DNA from: Nemertoderma westbladi
Taxonomy: Eukaryota; Animalia; Xenacoelomorpha
Length of the DNA: 64,000 nucleotides
Direction of reading: 5' to 3'
NCBI GenBank assembly: GCA_032718475.1
Contig: JAUCBJ010007374.1
Coordinates: 34,920 to 98,919, forward strand
Below are positions 1-8,004 of this stretch, piece by piece. The notes beneath the pieces are model-generated. The model searched no databases. It saw only the letters and a list, made by a program, of their open reading frames with translations, and was not told the DNA's origin. Position 1 is the stretch's first letter. The number at the start of each line of letters is the position of its first letter. The position numbers and the translations under genes are program-made.

Positions 1-2424
1 TCATTATATAAATTTTGTGAACGTTGTAAATATCTGAAATATAGGCCCTAGATAATTTCTTATCTGTGTTTGTTTTCATTATTTCGTACCGTACTATGAC
101 GACTTTTTATAACTTGTATTTTGTTAGTGGGTGCCTTAAAAGATATTTATTTCTACACCCGTCTGCCCGTAAATTATTAAACATAAACATAAGAAACCTT
201 TATATATCCTGTTATCTGTTTAGTAGAAATGTCTCTGTCACATGTCGGTCCCATGCAATCTGTATTGCCAAAAATTGCTTTAGGCGACCTTGATATTTTA
301 AATACAGTTGGAAAGGGACAATTCGCCACTGTTCATAAGGCGTCATGGAAGTCGCGAAACTTTCACGTAGCTGCAAAGAAGTTGGCGAGTCTGAAGATTG
401 GGTCGGAACCGTTCATACTCAACCATTTGAAACACGCGAACATTGTGGAGTTCATTGCGGTAGTCGACCAAGGTCCCAACCCGTACCTTATTATGGAGTT
501 TGCGGAAAACGGTTCGTTGTACGAATACCTAGAGAAGTACGGCAATTCCATGCAGTTCGTTCAGGTGACTGGCTGGGCATACGAAATCGCCAGCGGTATG
601 AACTACTTACACGACGAGGCGCCAATAAAGGTTATTCATCGGGATTTAAAGAGTCTAAACTGCGTTATATTTCAGAACATGGTGGTGAAGATCTGCGATT
701 TCGGTTCTTCTAAGGTCTACCAGGAAACCGGGACTATGACGACATGCGTCGGCACCATCCCGTGGATGTCACCTGAAATGATTCGCGGTAGTAAAGTATC
801 AACAGCGTGCGACGTATACTCCTACGGTGTGTTGTTGTGGGAGTTACTAACCCATGAAGTGCCGTACGAAGGCGTGGACTGGCAAATTTTAGTGTACCAG
901 GTCGCCCAAATGGGGAAGCGACTGCCCATCCCAAAGTCGTGTCCCGGCCCCTTCAGGGATCTCATGTTGGCGTGTTGGAATGAGGATCCGGACGTCCGAC
1001 CGGAGTTCAACCGGATAGTGGGTTGGGTCGACAGTATGGTGGATACTGATGGCTTACAGCAAGAGACGGTTGAGTTCTGGAGGAATTCAGAGGAGTGGAA
1101 GAGGGAGTTGGAGGATGCTAGGAAGTCATTTAAGGTCGCGGAACAGAAACTCTCCATAAAAGAGTGGCAGTTAGCGAAGAAGGAGAGTGCTTTGGAGCAT
1201 CGCGAGTGGATTCTCTCCAAGAAGGGCTACTCCTATCCGTCGGTGAGTCTTGATCTGTGGACCTCGGATGAGGTTGGCGCCTGGGTCCGCGGTCTGCCGG
1301 GCTATCTGGGGCAGCACGCCGGTCTTTTCGTCCTCCACGAAATAAACGGCTCGCTCCTCCCGCGGCTCCTCGCCGCCGACTACAAGAAGATCGGGATCGA
1401 AGCCTTCGGTCACATCCAGGAGTTCATAGAGATCGTAGGGAGACTGGCGAGTCAGACCGAGTTCGATAGGAACTTCCCGGAGCTCGGGGTTCCGCCGCGT
1501 CGGAACAGTTGCTACGCGAAGCTCGACTATCGCCAGCCGGTCGCGCTGATATTCGGCCATTTTGTGCACCGCCACGCCGGACGGACCCGTTGGAAGGCCT
1601 ACTGCGACGCGTTCGTACCGGACGGAGTCGACCGGTTGATGCAGAGCGTCCTGTTCCGCGTCGGATCTGGCTCCGACTCGCAGTACGTCGCGGTCAGTAA
1701 ACCCCCGTTCGTTACCCCGGAATGGGTCGTTGGTGACTCCGTCGCCTACACGGTTACCTTCACCCCGGTAGTCAAGCAACCCCAGACCTTCACGTACCGC
1801 CACAGTGTAGAGGGGCCTGGATCCAGCACCCAGCGGGACATAGAGTTGAGTATCAGCGACAAGGTCTCTGTGTACAGCCCCGACAGTCCGGCAGGGAGTC
1901 CGCTGTGTCGGACCCCCGTGCTCCCCAAGCGAGCCCCCATTGCCCCCTTCCATACCCCCTCCGGGACCGGCGACTCAAACAAGAAACTGTACGTAGATGC
2001 CGTCCGCATGAAACCCTCCACCGGGACCATCACCCACTCAATGACCTCGCCTTGCATATACAACTCGTCGTCCTCGCTGTCCTCGACCCCCCAACTACAC
2101 CGGGCCAACCGTAACAGCCCCTCCCCGCTCTGTTCCGACGACGAATTTCAACCGAATTTCCGCTTCCGATCGAGTTCATTGACCCCCACTGACTCGCGAC
2201 GACCCCCCCACGTCACAGTGACGTCACCAGTCGCTGGTTACCAGGGCAAAACTCGCAAACCGCCGTCCAAGGACTCGCAATCACAGACGGAACTAACCGG
2301 CACAGCTATCGAGCAGATGATGTTGGACTCGGATGAATTATTTAATGCAACTCAGAACCACTCCTCGATTAGACCGAGAATGAAACTCAGCCTCCCCCGG
2401 CCTGCCAGGGTGTTCAGCCGCCAG
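1..2424 (+). repeat. Segmental direct duplication of 7777-10200
   Basis: Position 1 (tcattatataaattttgtgaacg) equals 7777. Identity continues to ...gttcagccgccag at 2424/10200. Confidence 0.97.
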
Positions 2425-2529
2425 TTCCGTATCGCCAGCCGCCAGTCCTGTTCAGTACCGTATAATATGAAAGGGAAAGCTGCTGATCACGATGCTGTTA
2501 AAGTGTTTGTTTACAAAGTCCATTACTGA
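229..2529 (+). CDS. MAP3K20: Truncated tandem duplicate of the ZAK-like kinase (766 aa: 732 shared codons plus 34 novel residues); may be a functional variant or a young pseudogene
   Basis: Matches 8005-10200 at offset 7776. The only difference noticed is G2212 vs A9988 (V/I). The frame stays open through the junction at 2424 and stops at 2527-2529 in repeat-derived sequence. Confidence 0.75.
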   Translation: MSLSHVGPMQSVLPKIALGDLDILNTVGKGQFATVHKASWKSRNFHVAAKKLASLKIGSEPFILNHLKHANIVEFIAVVDQGPNPYLIMEFAENGSLYEYLEKYGNSMQFVQVTGWAYEIASGMNYLHDEAPIKVIHRDLKSLNCVIFQNMVVKICDFGSSKVYQETGTMTTCVGTIPWMSPEMIRGSKVSTACDVYSYGVLLWELLTHEVPYEGVDWQILVYQVAQMGKRLPIPKSCPGPFRDLMLACWNEDPDVRPEFNRIVGWVDSMVDTDGLQQETVEFWRNSEEWKRELEDARKSFKVAEQKLSIKEWQLAKKESALEHREWILSKKGYSYPSVSLDLWTSDEVGAWVRGLPGYLGQHAGLFVLHEINGSLLPRLLAADYKKIGIEAFGHIQEFIEIVGRLASQTEFDRNFPELGVPPRRNSCYAKLDYRQPVALIFGHFVHRHAGRTRWKAYCDAFVPDGVDRLMQSVLFRVGSGSDSQYVAVSKPPFVTPEWVVGDSVAYTVTFTPVVKQPQTFTYRHSVEGPGSSTQRDIELSISDKVSVYSPDSPAGSPLCRTPVLPKRAPIAPFHTPSGTGDSNKKLYVDAVRMKPSTGTITHSMTSPCIYNSSSSLSSTPQLHRANRNSPSPLCSDDEFQPNFRFRSSSLTPTDSRRPPHVTVTSPVAGYQGKTRKPPSKDSQSQTELTGTAIEQMMLDSDELFNATQNHSSIRPRMKLSLPRPARVFSRQFRIASRQSCSVPYNMKGKAADHDAVKVFVYKVHY

Positions 2530-2927
2530 TCTATTTGATGTATCTTGCAAGGAAGCTGAGAGGATATTACAGGGTCGACAAACTGACAATGCAGCAGCTG
2601 AAGATTTGTCCTTTCTGTTTGATCAGAGATCCTCCCAGAAGCAGACAATGGCAGGAGTAGATCGAGCAACTGCTAAAAAGTTGAATGAGGCTATAAATAT
2701 TGCTCATTAAGAATCATTAAGAACTAAATCATTAAGAGGGCAGAGAAAAAAGCAGTTTTTTTGTGTATTTTTGGGTAATTTTGTGTTTTTTGCGTAATTC
2801 TGTAATTCATAGGACCGCTCTACTTGTACTATTGACGTTTTAATCTATTGTACACAAAAAAATTAATATCAAATTTTGCTTTGTTAAGATTAATATTCAG
2901 TAGGCCTACCGGTACTAGGGGTACTCT
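2454..2927 (+). repeat. Diverged copy of 6836-7301 (transposon-like remnant), cut at its left end by the duplication junction
   Basis: agtaccgtataatatgaaaggg...ggggtactct aligns to 6836 onward (offset about 4382) with substitutions and several small indels. Confidence 0.9.
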
Positions 2928-4129
2928 ATTGTGTCTTGCCAAAGCAGTGAGGTTTGATATGTCATGGGACTAGTTCTGGTCAGAATTACATGAATTTTAC
3001 TGCATACCACAACTATATAACATGTATACAATAACCTAGAAGTTGTCAGACATAAAAAAATGTAACTAATAAAAATTCATATTTTTGTTCATGTGCCCGC
3101 TGTTGCTTGCTTGCTTAGGCCTACTGGTCGCTTTCTGGAATGCCTTCAGCCAATTGCTATTATTATTATTACTATTGATAGGATCCAGAATAAAGTTACA
3201 GCAAGTGGGTGAGATAAATTTGGAAGTTGGCACTGACGTAATTTACCCTTCAGAACAGGAAAGAAACCTGGTGTGGAGTTTGATTCTCACTTAACTGCTA
3301 GACATAGACATCAAGTAAATAAAGTTGTTTCTTCATGTTATATGTTTTTAAGGGAATTTAAAAGGATTAGACCAAGGATAACGGTTGATACAGCGAAACT
3401 AATAATAAACTGATAGGGAGTAAACTTGACTATTGTAATAGCCTCTACTGTATATGGGATCGCCTAACAGGATTATGAGAAAGTTACAGCTAATTCAAAA
3501 TGCCGCCGCAAGAATAGTAAAACAAATACCAGCAAGACAGTATATTACTCCAGTGTTGAAGGAACTACATTGGCTGCCAATTAAGTCGCGAATAAACTTC
3601 AAAGTAGCAGTGCTAACGTTCCGGGCTCTAAAAGGTACAGTACCTTCGTACTTATCCGAACTTATTAAAGCCTGCATTGATAACCGCACACGCCAAAATA
3701 CACGAGCAGTATCGACTAACTGTTTGCGGGTTTACGCAAGTAAAACGACGTTTGCCCGGCGTTCGTTTAGTTATACTGCACCAGCTGTTTGGAACGCACT
3801 GCCCTGTAACCTGCGAGATCCCGGATTAACTCTAGATATTTTTAAAACGAGACTCAAGACACACTTATTTAATGAATATTTCAATACTTAGAATATAATT
3901 TTTAACCACAATTAGGGCTCAACAGAAGCTTCGGCTTCGGTTCGGTTCGGGCCGAAGTTTGGCAATTTCGGTTCGGTTCGGCTTCTGCAATTGATACTGC
4001 AGAAGCCCGGAGCAAACTTTGCTAAATATTCCAAGTATTACATTGACTGATTGAGCTAAGACCAGAAGACAGTAAGACTAAATCAATCTGTCCATCGTTG
4101 TACTAATTAATTTTGGAGTGTAAACTTTA

Positions 4130-4700
4130 AGCAGACTCTGGTGCAGAGCAGACAGTGGTGCAGACAAAGGTGCAGACATTGATGCAGACAGTGGTGCAGA
4201 CACCTGGTGCAGACAGTGGTGCACGCACTGGTGCAGAGAGTGGTGCAGATAGTGGTGCAGACATTGGTGCAGACAGTGGTGCAGACAGTGGTGCAGACAC
4301 TGGTGCAGACAGTGGTGCAGACAGTGGTGCAGACAGTGGTGCAGACAGTGGTGCAGACAGTGGTGCAGACACTGGTGCAGACACTGGTGCAGACAGTGGT
4401 GCAGACACTGGTGCAGACAGTGGTGCAGATAGTGGTGCAGACATTGGTGCAGACAGTGGTGCAGACAGTGGTGCAGACAGTGGTGCAGACAGTGGTGCAG
4501 ACACTGGTGCAGACAGTGGTGCAGACAGTGGTGCAGACAGTGGTGCAGATACTGGTGCAGACACTGGTGCAGACACTGGTGCAGACAGTTGAGCAGACAG
4601 TGGTGCAGACACCTGTTGCAGACACTGGTTCAGACACTGGTGCAGACAGTGGTGCAGACATTGGTGCAGAGACAGTGGTGCAGACACTGGTGCAGACAGT
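4130..4700 (+). repeat. 12-bp minisatellite (GGTGCAGACAGT)n
   Basis: Direct tandem repeat of about 45 units inside the hAT element. Confidence 0.95.
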
Positions 4701-5312
4701 AAAGGGGCGAGCAGGTTAGTAAAGGAGCACTTTAGTAAAGGAGCAGGTTTCAGAGGAGTATTGGGGGAACCAAAACAATAAACGTTATATTGTTTTGCGG
4801 GCTAAGAATACCCAAGGGCGAAGAATACTCACGGGCTAAGAATTCATGAGACCTTACTGTAGTTAGTGAATGTATATCCCCAGCATGAGACAATAACTTA
4901 ATGAGCTCGTTTTATTATATATACAGTAATAAGCAGTGGCTCCAGTAAAGGTAAACAAATTAAACATACTCTGTATAAAGTAGGTCATGCAAAAACAATC
5001 AAACACTGTCGCTTAAACCTAATCCCCTTTGAGACATTGCTGCTTACAATTTATAGACATTATTGTTAATATGAAAACGGGAATACCGATTAATTACTTT
5101 CGTACACACCTCTTATAATTATTTGTAACCAGGGCACATTCACGCGCACGCACCCCGACTTGTACTACATACGTCCTCCCTACTTCATGTAGAACCTTTC
5201 AGTAGTTGCATATTCGCATATTTGTAGATAATGAAGTCTATGATAAAATATAATATAATTGTGCCTGGTGGTATTGTGTTTCGTGGTACTCTGGTATTTC
5301 AGTATTTTCACT

Positions 5313-5452
5313 CAGGTGTCTGCACCACTGTCTGCACCAGTGTCTGCACCACTGTCTGCACCTCTGTCTGCACCACTGTCCGCATCAGGTGTCTGCACCA
5401 CTGTCTGCACCACTGTCTGCACCAATGTCGGCACCACTGTCTGCCACCACTG
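5313..5452 (-). repeat. Inverted copy of the 12-bp minisatellite (ACTGTCTGCACC)n
   Basis: Reverse complement of the 4130-4700 unit, including the CAGGTGTCTGCACC variant. Confidence 0.93.
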
Positions 5453-6520
5453 TAGTACCCTATTTTTTAATTAATCATAACTTTGATACATAATACCAAA
5501 TATACCAACTACCTCATATAAATAGTATTACAAAGACTTCTTGTACTTTTAGTGAGGTTTTCTAAATTTGACGTCACTACTGTATGGCTTACTACGGGTG
5601 AAAATGTGGTGCTTACAGTAAGTGCATGCATACAGTAAGTAGGCCTATACAGTAGTTTAGGTTAGTAATGTACAGTAATGTAAATATTGCCATTTTATTT
5701 TGTAATATTTATTTTTTTAATTAATCATTAGCTTTCTCGCTAAGTCCGCAGACCAAATAGGTACCAGTCTGCCACTGCCAGTCAGCCAGTATAGCAGTAT
5801 AGTGACGTAAATACGAATTTATGACCATAACTTGCTAACTTTCTGAACTTCGGTTCGGATTCGGTTCGGTTCGGCCCGAAGTTGGCCCTGCTTCGGTTCG
5901 GTTCGGTTCGGTTCGGCCCCATAAAGTGCCTTCTGTTGAACCCTAATCACAATCAACCATTTTTTTAGAAATTTTTAGGTAATGAAGAACTCACATTTTT
6001 ACATTAGTACCGTACCGGTACTGTATGTATCGTATGTTTTAAATATCAAAACAATTTTTAAAAGCTTGGCATATTTTCTACAAACTAGATTTCGTAAATC
6101 ATTTTTTAACATCATCTCGGCATATGGCTTCTTTTTTAACATTAGTAAGTTGAATTTTATTCGTTGTATGATGGCCAAATTGGTGAAAAATTATTTTATC
6201 ACGTTTTTATCATATTGTATTTTTTAACCTGTGTATCATAAGTTTGTAATTAGTGTGTTTGAAAATAAGTAATTTTTGTATTTTTACTTAAATTAAATAT
6301 GTGCAGAACAATTAATGTGTGTACGGTGCCCTCAGCATGACAGATGTTAGAAGGGGGCACCTTAGACCTTAATAAGCCAATATTATTATTATTATTATTA
6401 TTGTTTGTTATTTATTAGGTATATTTGTTATATATTGTTTGGTTTTTATTAATAATTTGGGAGGCCAATCTATTTATATATAATATAATATATTCTAAGT
6501 AAGGCAGTAAGGTAAAATAA

Positions 6521-7160
6521 ATGGAAGGCCAATCTTCCTCATCAGAAAGACCCCATATTCGAACAAGGAGTTCAAAAAAAAGAACCTCCCTTTCTTATAG
6601 GAAATACAACCAAATTCTTGCCACAATCCCAACTATCTACGAATGGCGATATCCTGAGGTGCTTAATACAGTAATATGTTCCTTATTAATAACCGGGAGC
6701 ACAATGAACGTCTTTATAATGTCAATGTGGTGAAGGGTGTGGGGTGGTTGAAATTGAAAAATTGTTTACCCGTGGTGGCATTCCAACTATAGCGACAGAT
6801 TACATTGTTAAAGAAATTGTGTGTGAAGGTTAAAAAGTACCGTATAATATGAAAGGGAAAGCTGCTGATCACGATGCTGTTAAAGTGTTTGTTTACAAAG
6901 TCCATTACTGATCTATTTGATGTATCTTGCAAGGAAGCTGAGAGGATATTACAGGGTCGACAAACTGACAATGCAGCAGCTGAAGATTTGTCCTTTCTGT
7001 TTGATCAGAGATCCTCCCAGAAGCAGACAGTGGCAGGAGTAGATCGAGCAACTGCTAAAAAATTGAATGACGCTATAAATATTGCAAGAGAAAAATCAGC
7101 TACAATCATTAAGAGGGCAGAGAAAAAAGCAGTTTTTTTCTGTATTTTTGGGTAATTTTG
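6521..7160 (+). pseudogene. Degenerate coding remnant, probably the N-terminal region of a DNA-transposon protein
   Basis: Frameshifted pieces read SQLSTNGDILR, ITDLFDVSCK and EDLSFLFDQRSSQKQTVAGVD. The segment occurs twice in the window. The family assignment is from recollection of similar transposon-associated proteins and is unverified. Confidence 0.4.
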
Positions 7161-7497
7161 TGTTTTTTTTTGCGTAATTAGTAGGACCGCTCTACTTGTA
7201 CTATTGACGTTTTAATCTATTGTACACAAAAAAATTAATATCAAATTTTGCTTTGTTAAGATTAATATTCAGTACCGGTACTAGCAGACTAGGGGTACTC
7301 TCGCAATATGTTTAGAATACCGGTATATTATTTTAATTTTTGGTATTTTTTTTGTATTTATGTTGGTTTTACTCATTGCTCACTCTATATACCGGTACGT
7401 TACTATTGTCGTTTTTAATCTCCTGTACACATTCAACATTTATATCAATTTTAGGTTAAGTCATACTGTAGCAATACTAGTTTTATTATATAATTTC

Positions 7498-7785
7498 AGC
7501 AGCAGCTTGATGTAGTGGTGACATTCCTGGGCTTCTAATTAGGAAGCCCTGGTTCGATCCCTAGATGGGGCAGCACTGTTTGTTTGGGCACAGTGCTTTA
7601 AACGGTTAAATGCTGCAGCCTAGCCCAACCCTGGCTTTCATCCTTCAGTGGTCGATAAATAGGAACCAAGGCAACTTGGGAAACAGAGTGGAAGGTTTTA
7701 CTGTGGAAGATCACCCATGGCTGCATGGTGGTGAACAGGCATTCCTTGGCTTAACGAGCCTAAAAGATTCTCCCATTCATTATAT
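7498..7785 (+). mobile_element. tRNA-derived SINE
   Basis: A-box-like TGATGTAGTGG (7508-7518) and B-box GGTTCGATCCC (7551-7561), with stem gggcttc...gaagccc between them. The central ctttcatccttcagtggtcgataaataggaacc resembles conserved metazoan SINE central domains. Confidence 0.7.
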
Positions 7786-8004
7786 AAATTTTGTGAACGT
7801 TGTAAATATCTGAAATATAGGCCCTAGATAATTTCTTATCTGTGTTTGTTTTCATTATTTCGTACCGTACTATGACGACTTTTTATAACTTGTATTTTGT
7901 TAGTGGGTGCCTTAAAAGATATTTATTTCTACACCCGTCTGCCCGTAAATTATTAAACATAAACATAAGAAACCTTTATATATCCTGTTATCTGTTTAGT
8001 AGAA

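Larger units (their letters stand above)
3913..5945. mobile_element. Non-autonomous hAT-type DNA transposon
   Basis: 16-bp TIR TAGGGCTCAACAGAAG / CTTCTGTTGAACCCTA (1 mismatch). 8-bp TSD ACCACAAT (3905-3912) / ATCACAAT (5946-5953). Subterminal TTCGG repeats at both ends. Confidence 0.85.
3165..6402 (+). mobile_element. 5'-truncated non-LTR retrotransposon (L2/Crack/CR1-like): ORF2 C-terminus plus 3' UTR, interrupted by a hAT MITE
   Basis: Frameshifted remnants read RNL(G)VEFDSHLT, VNKVVSSCYMFLREFKRIRP, LDYCNSL, LQLIQNAAARIV, ITPVLKELHWLPI, RRSFSYTAPAVWNALP and FKTRLKTHLF (stop at 3891). The UTR resumes after 5945 and ends in a stem-loop (ggtgccct...gggcacc, about 6325-6361) and an (ATT)n tail at about 6380-6402. 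Confidence 0.85.

Noticed and set aside
345-2114. Overlapping and antisense ORFs within the kinase genes (also 8121-10812)
   Set aside because: Expected shadows of a GC-rich CDS, with no recognisable motifs.
4107-5474. CTTV, SAPL, GADS and VQT repeat ORFs (antifreeze- or mucin-like)
   Set aside because: Translations of a 12-bp minisatellite inside a MITE, open in several frames on both strands.
7501-7575. Possible tRNA gene
   Set aside because: A and B boxes are present but no convincing acceptor stem or cloverleaf, and it continues into a SINE-like body.
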